Positions 44,662 to 54,411 are shown, numbered from the stretch's first letter. The stretch is 64,000 nt of DNA from an uncultured Gammaproteobacteria bacterium (GCA_964443495.1 CAYUCS010000002.1:324021-388020), one strand, 5' to 3'. The notes: a model not told the origin generated them from the letters alone. Translations and numbers: made by a program.

Positions 44662-46737
44662 ATGATTGGGGCCATCAAAAAGATCTTCAAGATCGCCTTG
44701 CTCTTGTCTTCGATGATCGCGCTGACGATTTTCATCTCCGGCGCGGCCGTGCTTTATTTCTTATTCAACACTTTGCCAGACCCGACGCGCGAGGTCATGT
44801 TTTCCGCGCCCCAGTCCACCAAGATACTCGACCGGCGCGGCAATCTTCTTTATGAAGCCAGCGGCGAAGTCAAACGCACCCACATCGCCCTGGCAACCTT
44901 GCCGAAATATCTCCGTGACGCCACCATCGCTATCGAGGACCGGAACTTTTACCAGCACCATGGCTTCGACCCGGTGGCCATCGTCAGAGCGGCCATCGCC
45001 AATTACTCACACAAACAGATCAAGCAAGGCGCCAGCACGCTGACGCAGCAATTGGCTCGCACCATCCTTCTGAACCGTGATCCGTCCTATGTCAGGAAGA
45101 TCAAGGAGCTGGTCCTGGCCATCAAGATCGAATACCGCTTCGACAAGGACGAGATTCTCGAGCTTTATCTCAACAACATTCCTTACGGCTCGACCGCCTA
45201 TGGCGTCGAAGCGGCCAGCCGACTTTACTTCGGCAAAAGCGCCGCCAACCTGACGATTAAAGAAGCGGCGTATATCGCCGCCTTGCCGAAAGCGCCGACC
45301 ATCTACTCCCCTTACGGCCCCAACGTCGAACAGCTGCACGAACGGGCCAATCTGGTTGTCGACAAGATGCGCGAGCAAGGCTATATTACCGAAAAAGAAT
45401 CCCGCGAGGCGCTTTCGAGTCCTAATCCATCCTTCAATAACATTTCCGACCCCATCAAAGCGCCGCACTTCGTCTTTTACGTGCTCGACAAGCTGGCCAG
45501 AGACTATGGCGAAGAAAAAGTCCGCTATGGCGGCCTAAGAGTCTATACCACTCTCGATCTGGACAAACAGCAGCTGGCCGAAAGGATAGTAAACGACCGG
45601 GCCAAAATCAACGAGAAAAAACACAAGGCGACCAACGCTGCCCTCGTTGCGCTCGACCCAGCCAACGGCGACGTCCTGGCTATGGTCGGCAGCCGCGATT
45701 ATTTCAAAACCAAAGATGGCAACGTCAATGTCGCCCTCCGCCCTCGCCAACCCGGCTCATCGTTCAAGCCTTACGTCTATGCCGCGGCGCTAGAGCGCAA
45801 CTTCTCGCCCTCAACCGTTATCGTCGATGCCCCGACCAACTTTGCCGCCTACAACAACGGCGTCAGCTATGTCCCGCGCAATTATTCCGGCCGCAACTAC
45901 GGACGAGTGACGGTGCGCCAGGCCCTTTCCGGCTCGCTTAACGTGCCGGCTGTCAAAGTTCTCGTCGCGATCGGCATCAATACCGCCATCGACACCGCCG
46001 AACGCCTAGGCATCAGCACTTTGAAGGACCGCAAACGCTTCGGCCCGGCACTGGTCCTGGGCGGTGCTGAAGTCAAGCTGCTCGAGCACACCGCCGGCCT
46101 AGGCTCATTCGGCAACCAAGGCGTTTATCAAGCGCCGTCACCGATTCTGAAAATCGAAGAACCATCCGGTAAAATCGTCTTTGAGAAAAAAACCTCGCCA
46201 GGACGACAAGCGGTCAAGCCGCAAGCCGCCTATCTGATCAGCAATATCCTGTCGGACAACGAGGCCAGGAAATTCATTTTCGGAGTACGCAACAAACTGG
46301 CCATACCCGGCCGCCAAGTGGCGGTCAAGACCGGTACGACCCAAGACTACCGTGACGCTTGGACAGTCGGCTTCACCCCCGATATCGCCGTCGGCGTCTG
46401 GGTCGGCAACAATGACAATTCGCCCATGGGCGCTAAAGCCGATGGCTCGGTCGTGGCGGCGCCGATCTGGCGGGAATTCATCTCGCAGGTGCTGTCGGTC
46501 CGGCCGAAGGTCGCCTTCAAGCGGCCGAAGGAAATAGTCGAGCTGCGCGCCGACCGCATCACCGGCAAAGCCTTGCCGAAAGAAGCCAAGGTGGGCAAGC
46601 TCGAACTCTTCGCCTCCTACAACGCGCCGAAATCAAAAATGCCGACTCCCGCGCCGAAACCCGCCGTCAAAAAACCGAAAAAAATCATCAAGCCGCCCGT
46701 GAAACAGATAAGCATCAATACTGCTAATAAAAATTAA
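44662..46737 (+). CDS. class A penicillin-binding protein (PBP1A-type glycosyltransferase/transpeptidase)
   Basis: 691 aa. GT51 motifs EDRNFYQHHGFD, GASTLTQQLAR and RKIKE. Transpeptidase motifs SSFKP, SLN and KTGTT. Confidence 0.9.
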   Translation: MIGAIKKIFKIALLLSSMIALTIFISGAAVLYFLFNTLPDPTREVMFSAPQSTKILDRRGNLLYEASGEVKRTHIALATLPKYLRDATIAIEDRNFYQHHGFDPVAIVRAAIANYSHKQIKQGASTLTQQLARTILLNRDPSYVRKIKELVLAIKIEYRFDKDEILELYLNNIPYGSTAYGVEAASRLYFGKSAANLTIKEAAYIAALPKAPTIYSPYGPNVEQLHERANLVVDKMREQGYITEKESREALSSPNPSFNNISDPIKAPHFVFYVLDKLARDYGEEKVRYGGLRVYTTLDLDKQQLAERIVNDRAKINEKKHKATNAALVALDPANGDVLAMVGSRDYFKTKDGNVNVALRPRQPGSSFKPYVYAAALERNFSPSTVIVDAPTNFAAYNNGVSYVPRNYSGRNYGRVTVRQALSGSLNVPAVKVLVAIGINTAIDTAERLGISTLKDRKRFGPALVLGGAEVKLLEHTAGLGSFGNQGVYQAPSPILKIEEPSGKIVFEKKTSPGRQAVKPQAAYLISNILSDNEARKFIFGVRNKLAIPGRQVAVKTGTTQDYRDAWTVGFTPDIAVGVWVGNNDNSPMGAKADGSVVAAPIWREFISQVLSVRPKVAFKRPKEIVELRADRITGKALPKEAKVGKLELFASYNAPKSKMPTPAPKPAVKKPKKIIKPPVKQISINTANKN

Positions 46738-46760
46738 AGGGGACCGGAAAAGGTCCCCTT
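46737..46760. terminator. hairpin between convergent genes
   Basis: aaggggacc / ggtcccctt stem. On the minus strand it is followed by tttaatttttatt. Confidence 0.55.
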
Positions 46761-46798
46761 CATTGTGCATTAGTACGAGAATTCTACGGGTTCGGCAC

Positions 46799-47941
46799 TT
46801 AAGGCATCGGGTGGTCGGCCAGACCGCGAAGGCAGCGATCGAAGATCGCTTGGTGCCGCTTGCTATCTTCCAGCTTATGCGACACTTTTTCCAAGACACC
46901 CCTCAGTGATAGCTGATGCGCGAAGCTGAAGCGCCGTTGCGGACTGATCCTAGCCGCGTCATTAATGGCCTCAAACTGTTCCGGAGTAACCACTCCGGAA
47001 CAATTCTCCCTTATTTTCAAGGGATCTATTACACCGAACTCCTTGATGAGGTAGCTGACCCGGCGGTTGCACCGGCATGCTTCATAAAGCAGGCAGACAG
47101 CCGCCTCGACCGCTTCGTTCAAGACGTCGCGATCCATCAGCAGGACATCCTGATCCAGGAAACGCGAAACCAATTCCACGCCGCCGACGACTCGTCCCCC
47201 AAGGACGAAAGATGACAGGGCTTTCTGCCGTACGGCAGGACTCGGATCGGTCAGGCCCAGGGTGATAACCTGCAAGCGCTGCCCGATCTCCGCCTCATCG
47301 CCGGTCCAAAGATTGTGGGCGGCCGCATTCAAGGTCTCGATCTTTTTCGTATCTTCGCCGGTCGCCATGATTGATGCAGCCTGGACGCTGTCGAGCGGCA
47401 GCAAATAGGAATTTGCCGCCGGAACGACCATTTCCTCGGCCAGCATCTCGTCCTCGACCCCTGCGGCTGAGCGGCAAAAAGCATATAACCGCTCAAGCAG
47501 CTTCTCGTCGCGATCGATCTTTTCCTGACGGAAAAATACGCCGAGATGTGCCGGCATGCCTTCGCCGAGCATCATGTTGGCGTCGACTTCCAATCCTTCA
47601 GCCTCGATCTTGGTGAAATCGATGACCAGCTGGGCCAGCTTCGATTCGGCGCTCTGCCTGATGGACAGGCAATGATACACGCCCCAGTTCCGCATGTGGA
47701 ATATCCAGGACGCGGGGAAGCTTATGACGAACGGCACGGGCCCGTCCGCGCATTCGACTGCGGAATCAAGCTTGATGCCGTTCGCATCGACTGCAAAGCT
47801 GACTTTGCACTCAGCCAGACTGCCGCCGCGTATCGCGTTCAGCGGGCTGATCCCGACATACCGTCCATGGATGGCGGGGTCCGATAATCTCGCGAAAAAA
47901 TTCTTGCTCTGTTTGCCTTCGTTGCCGAATTGAGTGTCCAT
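46799..47941 (-). CDS. hypothetical cytoplasmic protein
   Basis: 380-aa ORF with no TM and no recognised catalytic motif. One HEAT-like segment (LTDPSPAVRQKALSSF). Confidence 0.55.
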   Translation of the reverse strand: MDTQFGNEGKQSKNFFARLSDPAIHGRYVGISPLNAIRGGSLAECKVSFAVDANGIKLDSAVECADGPVPFVISFPASWIFHMRNWGVYHCLSIRQSAESKLAQLVIDFTKIEAEGLEVDANMMLGEGMPAHLGVFFRQEKIDRDEKLLERLYAFCRSAAGVEDEMLAEEMVVPAANSYLLPLDSVQAASIMATGEDTKKIETLNAAAHNLWTGDEAEIGQRLQVITLGLTDPSPAVRQKALSSFVLGGRVVGGVELVSRFLDQDVLLMDRDVLNEAVEAAVCLLYEACRCNRRVSYLIKEFGVIDPLKIRENCSGVVTPEQFEAINDAARISPQRRFSFAHQLSLRGVLEKVSHKLEDSKRHQAIFDRCLRGLADHPMP

Positions 47942-48164
47942 TCTACCCTCCTGTTCTCGTGATTTGAATGTGCGCGGTAGCGCGTTTTATTTTCAGCGCA
48001 ATAAGAAAATTTACTAATAAAAGCCCTTTTTGTCAACTTTCTTCCAGTATCAAAAAGTCGGGCCATTAGCTTGAAGGCGATGTCGCCAAAATCGACGAAT
48101 ACGTCGCGCAACCGGTTCTCAGGCAATTCGCGAATGACTTAAGAAACGCTGCCGAATAGGCATG

Positions 48165-48193
48165 AAGCCGCATCTCCGGATGCGGCTTTTTTT
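48165..48193 (+). terminator. plus-strand rho-independent terminator with no annotated upstream gene
   Basis: aagccgcatc / gatgcggctt 10-bp stem with loop tccg, followed by ttttttt. Confidence 0.65.
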
Positions 48194-48270
48194 ATTGCAA
48201 AACATATTAATTTAATCGGAACGAACTTGCAGGAATCAAATTTCGATGCTTCTTCAACAAATTATTTTGC

Positions 48271-48867
48271 CTAAAACGACCCGGTCTTTACTTCGCCCGC
48301 ACGCTGATAATTGGCGAAAATGACCCCGCTTGGTGAAACCTCGCTGCCAGATAATTCAAAGGCGGCTGGAATCGTGCCCTCGGCAAAAAGACGCTTTCCT
48401 GAGCCTAGCGTGACTGGGAAAATCTTAAGCCATAATTCATCAGCCAAATCATTTTTTAAGAGCGTTTGGACAAGGTTGGCGCTGCCGTAAACTTGCATAT
48501 CCGGACCGTTTTGCTGCTTGAGCTTTCTTATTTCCTCAACCACGTTTCCGTTGATTACAACCGAGTTCTTCCATTCATGCGACTCCATCGTATTTGAAAC
48601 GACATATTTGGCCGCATCGTTTATGCCAGGCCATTCGACTTCGTGCTGGGGCCAATACGAGGCGAAGATCTCGAACGTTTTTCTGCCGAGCAGCAATGCG
48701 AATGGCTGCTTCATCTGCTCGTTCATGGCCTTGTTGGAAAATTCGTCGAAATAAGGAACCGTCCACCCGCCATACTTGAAGTCTCCGGAAGTGTCTTCCT
48801 CCGGCCCTCCGGGCGCTTGCATAACCCCGTCAAGAGTCAGAAAGGTCGTGATAATTATCTTTCTCAT
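48271..48867 (-). CDS. dihydrofolate-reductase-like (RibD C-terminal domain) family protein
   Basis: 198 aa. MRKIIITTFLTLDGVMQ N-terminus and VYGSANLVQTLLKNDLADELWLKIFPVTLGSGKRLF. Confidence 0.75.
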   Translation of the reverse strand: MRKIIITTFLTLDGVMQAPGGPEEDTSGDFKYGGWTVPYFDEFSNKAMNEQMKQPFALLLGRKTFEIFASYWPQHEVEWPGINDAAKYVVSNTMESHEWKNSVVINGNVVEEIRKLKQQNGPDMQVYGSANLVQTLLKNDLADELWLKIFPVTLGSGKRLFAEGTIPAAFELSGSEVSPSGVIFANYQRAGEVKTGSF

Positions 48868-48906
48868 ATGTTTAATTTACTACTATTCTTATCTCTAGAA
48901 TTTGTT

Positions 48907-49458
48907 TCAAGATTTAATTACCTCATACCTCAAAATTACGCCACCGCTTGGAAGCGCTTGCGATTGAGTGAGCCTGAGATTCTGCCTTTCTGCTCCCTCG
49001 GCAAAAAGTCGCCTGCCATTGCCCAGGATGACTGGCGCAACGCATAAACGGATTTCGTCGAAAAGTCCGGCATTCATAAGAGATTGTGACAGGGTTGCGC
49101 TTCCGAACACGAACATAGTGCCACTGCCCTCCTCTTTTAATTTTTGAATTCCAGATACGGCATCCCTCACTATGACCGTATTGTTCCAGTCGGCTTTTTC
49201 TCTTGTTTTCGAGCACAAGACTTTTTTGATACTATTCATCAAATCCGCGATTTCTCCTTCGGCGGTCGGCCAATATTTTGCCATGCCGTCGTAGGTGATG
49301 CTGCCAAAGACAAGCATATCAGCGCTCCTCAGTTGCTCGATGGATAATTGTTCAAGCTCAGAACCCCACACCAGATCATGAAAATCAAGATCCCAGTTTT
49401 TTTCTCCCTCGAAACATCCGTCGAGAGTTACTACATTCCACATGATAAGTCTTTTCAT
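48907..49458 (-). CDS. dihydrofolate-reductase-like (RibD C-terminal domain) family protein, tandem paralog
   Basis: 183 aa. MKRLIMWNVVTLDGCFE and VFGSATLSQSLMNAGLFDEIRLCVAPVILGNGRRLF. Confidence 0.75.
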   Translation of the reverse strand: MKRLIMWNVVTLDGCFEGEKNWDLDFHDLVWGSELEQLSIEQLRSADMLVFGSITYDGMAKYWPTAEGEIADLMNSIKKVLCSKTREKADWNNTVIVRDAVSGIQKLKEEGSGTMFVFGSATLSQSLMNAGLFDEIRLCVAPVILGNGRRLFAEGAERQNLRLTQSQALPSGGVILRYEVIKS

Positions 49459-49521
49459 AAATTATTTTTAAATCATGCCAATGAAGTTATGATGAAGATA
49501 AACGATATTGTAAAGGCTACT

Positions 49522-49567
49522 CCACAAATAGAAAAGCACCCCATTCGGGGTGCTTTTCTATTTGTGG
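49522..49567 (-). terminator. 21-bp perfect hairpin immediately after (and overlapping 3 nt of) tRNA-Ala
   Basis: ccacaaatagaaaagcacccc attc ggggtgcttttctatttgtgg. Confidence 0.6.
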
Positions 49568-49638
49568 ACCCTATCGGATTCGAACCGATGACCCCCTGCT
49601 TGCAAAGCAGGTGCTCTAGCCAGCTGAGCTAAGGGCCC
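49565..49638 (-). tRNA. tRNA-Ala (anticodon UGC)
   Basis: 74-nt cloverleaf folded by hand: acceptor GGGCCCT/AGGGTCC with the G3:U70 alanine identity pair, D stem GCTC/GAGC, anticodon stem CCTGC/GCAGG with loop TTTGCAA, T stem ATCGG/CCGAT with loop TTCGAAT. CCA is not encoded. Confidence 0.9.
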
Positions 49639-49642
49639 AAAA

Positions 49643-49670
49643 ACAAAAACTCAACGTTGTGAGTTTTTGT
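49643..49670 (-). terminator. hairpin between the small membrane protein gene and the tRNA
   Basis: acaaaaactca / tgagtttttgt 11-bp stem with loop acgttg. Confidence 0.5.
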
Positions 49671-49716
49671 ATTCGAGCAATAGATAAAAAATATCAGAAA
49701 AGCGCAATCGTGTCAA

Positions 49717-49995
49717 CTACTCGATTGGCACATCGGCCGGGGTCGGCTGAGGCCCCGCATTGATCAGCGGCGACAGGATCCACATCATGAAATCGTTATA
49801 AAGGTTGGTGACCATCAGGATGCCGATAAAAGCCGTGAGGAGCCCGATAATCTTGTAACCTAGGCGGGTTCCGCCCTCACTCCCCAAATACTTGTCGAAG
49901 AAGGGGATGCGGCCGAAATTGTTGACCAGGAATTCGGTCTTCATTACCATGCCGGCACCGGCGACCAAAATGATCAATCCGAGAACGATGCGCAT
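49717..49995 (-). CDS. small membrane protein
   Basis: 92-aa ORF with two to three hydrophobic helices. Confidence 0.5.
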   Translation of the reverse strand: MRIVLGLIILVAGAGMVMKTEFLVNNFGRIPFFDKYLGSEGGTRLGYKIIGLLTAFIGILMVTNLYNDFMMWILSPLINAGPQPTPADVPIE

Positions 49996-50016
49996 AAAGA
50001 TCTCTTTATTTATTAA

Positions 50017-51402
50017 TTACCGCACGTAGTTGAGCGGATTATATTTTGTTCCATTGATGATGATCTCGAAATGCAGGTGCGGTCCGGTTGACCAGCCGGT
50101 GTTGCCCATGGCCGCGATAGACTGGCCCTTGTCAACCTGCTCGCCGACCTTGACGTAGAACTTGGACAGATGGGCGTAACGGGTCTTCTTGCCGCCGCCA
50201 TGATTGATGACTATATTGTTGCCATAACCGCGCCCCCAGCCGGCTGTCTCGACGACACCGGCATCCGAAGCGTAAATCGGGGTGCCGACGTGGTCAGCCA
50301 CGTCGATAGCGAAATGTTTCCAGGAATAATACTGGGTGATGCGGTAGCCGGAAGTCGGCCAAGCCATCTTGTTGCCCTTGGTCGGTTTGGCATCATCGGG
50401 AACGTCTTCGTCATCCGAAGCGTCGACTTTGACGCTGGCCGGCTGCTTGTTCTCTTTGCGCGGAGTAACCAGATTCTTAAGGAGGGCCAGGCCGGAATAG
50501 GACTTCGGTTTCTCTTCAGCGTAGCTTTCCTTGCGGCCGCCAGGAATTATCAGTTTCTGACCGATAGTCAGGAAGCCTGAAGCGGATAGCTTGTTGAAAT
50601 CGGCGATAGTATCTTCCGGCACGCCGTATTTGCCGGCGATAGCCTTGACCGTCTCGCCGCTGACCACGTTGTGGACGACACCCGAAACCGGCAGGATGGA
50701 CAAGGTGTCACCAGGACGGATCACGCTGTATGCATTGAGGTTGTTCTGCCACAGGATCGTATTGACTCCGATATCGAATTTCTTGGCAATGGTACTGATC
50801 GTATCGCCCTGCTCGACGGTATAGGTGACGATCTCAGTGCGATCCTTCTTGACCGGACTGGTAAAGACCAGGTCGTTGGTATCATCGGCCGGGACGTCGC
50901 TGCCGTCAAGCGGAGCATCCGTCGATCCTTCCGGCTGTGACAGGTCGGCGATCGGCTCGCTCTTGACGCTCGACAGGTTATCAAGATATTTCTGCTGGGT
51001 CGGCGTTATTGAACGCTCGCGGTCAAAAGTCTCGACGATCAGCTGATCCTCTTCGGCCGTACCGAATTCGCTTGAAATCAAAGTCGAAAGGATGGTCTTG
51101 CCGCTCGGATCCTGCATGTCCTGAGCCTTGGTGTCGCTGGTCAGATTGACAAAGACGATACTGACCGTGACTACGCCGACCACGACGTGTACCAACTTCT
51201 GGTCGAACAGGAAGCTGAACAGGCTGGTACGCGAGCTGTTCCAGCCCAAACGGCGCATCAAGATGAAATAGCGCTGATAAATTTTGACCGCGACTTTATA
51301 GAAAAGCAGCCGCAAAACCCAACGTCCGGGCTTGGCCAAGACGTTCTTATAAAAGTAAAGCAGCAGGTTCTTGAGGATGATGAAAAATTTTAACAAAAAC
51401 AC
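50017..51402 (-). CDS. LysM-domain M23 family peptidoglycan metallopeptidase
   Basis: 461 aa. Two LysM repeats (YTVEQGDTISTIAKKFDIGVNTILWQNNL and HNVVSGETVKAIAGKYGVPEDTIADFNKL). M23 motifs HFAIDV and GPHLHFEI. Confidence 0.85.
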   Translation of the reverse strand: MFLLKFFIILKNLLLYFYKNVLAKPGRWVLRLLFYKVAVKIYQRYFILMRRLGWNSSRTSLFSFLFDQKLVHVVVGVVTVSIVFVNLTSDTKAQDMQDPSGKTILSTLISSEFGTAEEDQLIVETFDRERSITPTQQKYLDNLSSVKSEPIADLSQPEGSTDAPLDGSDVPADDTNDLVFTSPVKKDRTEIVTYTVEQGDTISTIAKKFDIGVNTILWQNNLNAYSVIRPGDTLSILPVSGVVHNVVSGETVKAIAGKYGVPEDTIADFNKLSASGFLTIGQKLIIPGGRKESYAEEKPKSYSGLALLKNLVTPRKENKQPASVKVDASDDEDVPDDAKPTKGNKMAWPTSGYRITQYYSWKHFAIDVADHVGTPIYASDAGVVETAGWGRGYGNNIVINHGGGKKTRYAHLSKFYVKVGEQVDKGQSIAAMGNTGWSTGPHLHFEIIINGTKYNPLNYVR

Positions 51403-51515
51403 CAGCGCGTTGACTGATATTTTCTTGATTTGTCTCGATATATGATTGCAAAATTACGTGATTAAGCAAAAATATTTTAACATTAATGCTAATTTTAGTC
51501 AAATAACCACGAATA

Positions 51516-52577
51516 CTAGAGAATAAACATGGCATCGCCATAACTGAAAAAACGGTACTTTTCGGCAATTGCCTCCTGGTAAGCCTTCTGCACCAGCGCC
51601 AACCCTGAGCCGCCTTCGGGCAGGCCGTTTTCGACAAAAGCGCTGATCAGCATCAGCAAGGTCGATTTGGGCGTATGGAAATTAGTGACAAGGCCGCCAA
51701 CGACCCTGAATTTGTAGCCCGGATAAATGAAGATATTCGTCCAGCCGGACAGCTGGCCCGACTCCGCCCAAACTGTCTCAAGCGTCCTGGCAGCCGTCGT
51801 ACCGACCGCCACGACCCTGCGGCCCAACTGCTTGGCGGCCTTTATCCGTTCGACCGTGTCCGCCGCGACCTCATACCACTCGGAATGCATCTTGTGTTCA
51901 AGGACATTTTCAGTCTTGACCGGGGCGAAGGTTCCAAGTCCGACATGCAAAGTCACATGCTCGATCTTGACCCCTTTGGCTTCGAGCCTCTTGAGCAGAC
52001 GGCTAGTGAAATGGAGCCCGGCGGTCGGCGCGGCCACTGAACCTTGCTTGCTATCATCGGCGAATACTGTCTGATAAGACTGCTTGTCGGCCTTTTCCTG
52101 CTCGTGGCGCTTGATGTACGGCGGCAGCGGCACCTGGCCGATCCGCTTGACCGCCCTATCGAATGCCGCTCCGGCCTTATTAAATCTGACAGCCCACGTT
52201 CCGTCTTGAACATTTTCCTGCACGACGCACGACAGACCGCCATCAAACGCTATTTCCAACCCCGCCTCGACACCCTTGCCGCCGATAAGGCAAAACCACG
52301 TTCCCTGACCCGACTGGCGCAGCAGAAAGACCTCGGCCGCGCCGCCGGTCAGCTTCTTGCGACCGTTAAGCCTAGCTGGAAAGACTTTGGTGTCATTGAG
52401 CACGAGCACGTCGCCGGGCTCGAGATATTCGATGATATCGGAAAAGACGCGGTGTTCGAATGCTTGCTCGCCCCGGCGCAAAACGAAAAGCCGCGAGCGG
52501 TCTCGCGGACGATGCGGCGCTTGCGCGATCAGCTCCTTGGGCAAGCCATAATCGAAATCAGATAACGCTAACTTCAT
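51516..52577 (-). CDS. queA: S-adenosylmethionine:tRNA ribosyltransferase-isomerase
   Basis: 353 aa. Characteristic N-terminus LSDFDYGLPKELIAQAP..PRDRSRL and TAGLHFT motif. Confidence 0.92.
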   Translation of the reverse strand: MKLALSDFDYGLPKELIAQAPHRPRDRSRLFVLRRGEQAFEHRVFSDIIEYLEPGDVLVLNDTKVFPARLNGRKKLTGGAAEVFLLRQSGQGTWFCLIGGKGVEAGLEIAFDGGLSCVVQENVQDGTWAVRFNKAGAAFDRAVKRIGQVPLPPYIKRHEQEKADKQSYQTVFADDSKQGSVAAPTAGLHFTSRLLKRLEAKGVKIEHVTLHVGLGTFAPVKTENVLEHKMHSEWYEVAADTVERIKAAKQLGRRVVAVGTTAARTLETVWAESGQLSGWTNIFIYPGYKFRVVGGLVTNFHTPKSTLLMLISAFVENGLPEGGSGLALVQKAYQEAIAEKYRFFSYGDAMFIL

Positions 52578-53140
52578 AAAACGCCTACGATCTCTTTCTT
52601 CGTTTCTGTCGTCTGTTTGGCCCGATCAACCTCAGCTAGCCTGATAATGATGTCTCGGATACCATCGGGGTCGGGCACCTGCTCGAAGTTGAAGCGGTTC
52701 TTCTCGCCAGCGGTTTGGATGAAGACATCGCCATAGCCGAACATCGTCGGCAGGACTCCTTTGACCTCGCTGGTGACGTCCTGAATTCGGAACAGGCGCT
52801 CCTCGGAAATAGTTCGCGAAAAGAAGCCTTCCTGTTCGATGTTGATGATCCGCTCATCGGTGATGATCCAAGTATCGAGATAATAATCGATAAAAGTAAA
52901 GAAGAAGAATAGCCAGATATAAAGGAAATACGCGCTGGCGCCCAAAACGATCGCCGGATAGAACTCGGACTCGTTGACGGCAGGGTAAAGTGTGAACATG
53001 ATAACCACGAATCCGACCAATGTTCCCAGCATCAACAAAAAAGCGACGATGCGCTTGAACATGATGAACAGGTCTTTTCTGACGATCTTGATGACTTTTT
53101 CGTCTGGTAGCTGATTTGGAATACGATATGAAGATAGCAT
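52574..53140 (-). CDS. membrane protein with a bacterial PH (YdbS/YdbT-like) domain
   Basis: 188 aa. Two TM helices followed by a bPH-like segment (ITDERIINIEQEGFFSRTISEERLFRIQDV). Overlaps the queA start by 4 nt. Confidence 0.55.
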   Translation of the reverse strand: MLSSYRIPNQLPDEKVIKIVRKDLFIMFKRIVAFLLMLGTLVGFVVIMFTLYPAVNESEFYPAIVLGASAYFLYIWLFFFFTFIDYYLDTWIITDERIINIEQEGFFSRTISEERLFRIQDVTSEVKGVLPTMFGYGDVFIQTAGEKNRFNFEQVPDPDGIRDIIIRLAEVDRAKQTTETKKEIVGVL

Positions 53141-53144
53141 AGGC

Positions 53145-53390
53145 TTATTTGAAGGTTACGTAATTGCCGAAGATGCTGATCGACGTCTGCCAATCGACCG
53201 GCTCAAGGTAGCTGATGGTCGCCAGGATGACCACTGTCGAAACGGCGACGTAGCCGCATGCCGTGAAGAAAGTAACTGCGCCTCTGAACCCGAACTTCAA
53301 AAGGTGATACAGGGCCGTCAAGCTGAAAAGGAACCAGATGCCCACGAAGGCATAATAAGCATAAAGGAAAATGGACAAGGTAAAAGTCAT
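53145..53390 (-). CDS. small membrane protein
   Basis: 81-aa hydrophobic ORF packed between ruvB and 52574..53140. Confidence 0.45.
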   Translation of the reverse strand: MTFTLSIFLYAYYAFVGIWFLFSLTALYHLLKFGFRGAVTFFTACGYVAVSTVVILATISYLEPVDWQTSISIFGNYVTFK

Positions 53391-53394
53391 ATGT

Positions 53395-54411
53395 TTAGAC
53401 CAGTTTGTCTTGTCCGCGCCTTTGGCGCCCCAGATGGGCGAAGCCCTGGTCGGTCACCATGCGGCCGCGGGGGCTGCGGTCAAGAAAGCCTAGCTGTATT
53501 AAATAGGGTTCATAAACCTCTTCGATGGTCGAGACGTCCTCGCCGGTCGCAGCGGCAATGGTGTTCAGGCCGACAGGCCCGCCATTATACTTATCGATTA
53601 TCAACTCGAGAATCTTGCGATCGACGCCATCGAGACCATGCTCATCCACCTCAAGCATGGCGAAAGCATTGAAGCAGTGCTCGCCCGTAACGGTGCCGTC
53701 GCCTTCCACTTGGCAGTAGTCACGCACGCGCTTCAGGAGTCGGTTGGCAACGCGCGGCGTGCGGCGCGAGCGTTGCGCGATTTCCTTGGCCATGCTTTGT
53801 TCCAGGTCGACGCTTAAGATGCGGGCGCTGCGGTCGATGATCTGCTCCATATCATCCTGCTCGTAATAATTCAGGTGGTAAGTCATGCCGAAGCGGTCGC
53901 GCAGCGGTGCAGTCAGCATGCTTGCCTTGGTGGTCGCCCCGATGATGGTAAATTTGGGCAGATCGATCCGCAGGGTCCGTGCCGACGGCCCTTTGCCGAT
54001 GACGATATCCAAGGCGTAATCCTCCATAGCCGGATACAGTATTTCCTCCACGCCGCGGTTCAGGCGATGTATCTCGTCAACGAACAAGATGTCGCCCTCT
54101 TGCAGGTTAGTCAGGATAGCCGCCAGGTCGCCGGTCTTTTCGATTGCCGGTCCGGAGGTGACGCGGATGTTGGCGCCAAGCTCATTGGCAATGACGTGGG
54201 CTAACGTGGTCTTGCCTAAGCCTGGAGCGCCATAAAGCAGGACGTGCTCGACCGTTTCGCCACGGCGGCGCGCCGCCTCTATAAAGATGCGCAAATTTTC
54301 CTTGATTTTGCTCTGTCCAACATACTCTGCCAGGCGTTGCGGCCGCAAAGTCAGGTCTAGGGCCTGATCGCCATTCAATTGTTGGCTGGCAATGACTCTT
54401 TCTTCTTCCAT
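53395..54411 (-). CDS. ruvB: Holliday junction branch migration helicase RuvB
   Basis: 338 aa. [12 protein letters not shown], Walker [10 protein letters not shown], Walker [11 protein letters not shown], and a C-terminal winged helix. Confidence 0.95.
   Translation of the reverse strand: MEEERVIASQQLNGDQALDLTLRPQRLAEYVGQSKIKENLRIFIEAARRRGETVEHVLLYGAPGLGKTTLAHVIANELGANIRVTSGPAIEKTGDLAAILTNLQEGDILFVDEIHRLNRGVEEILYPAMEDYALDIVIGKGPSARTLRIDLPKFTIIGATTKASMLTAPLRDRFGMTYHLNYYEQDDMEQIIDRSARILSVDLEQSMAKEIAQRSRRTPRVANRLLKRVRDYCQVEGDGTVTGEHCFNAFAMLEVDEHGLDGVDRKILELIIDKYNGGPVGLNTIAAATGEDVSTIEEVYEPYLIQLGFLDRSPRGRMVTDQGFAHLGRQRRGQDKLV

Noticed and set aside
47839-48126. 95-aa minus-strand ORF overlapping the start of 46799..47941.
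   Set aside because: It overlaps the better-supported 380-aa gene out of frame, has no SD, and has a basic low-complexity C-terminus.
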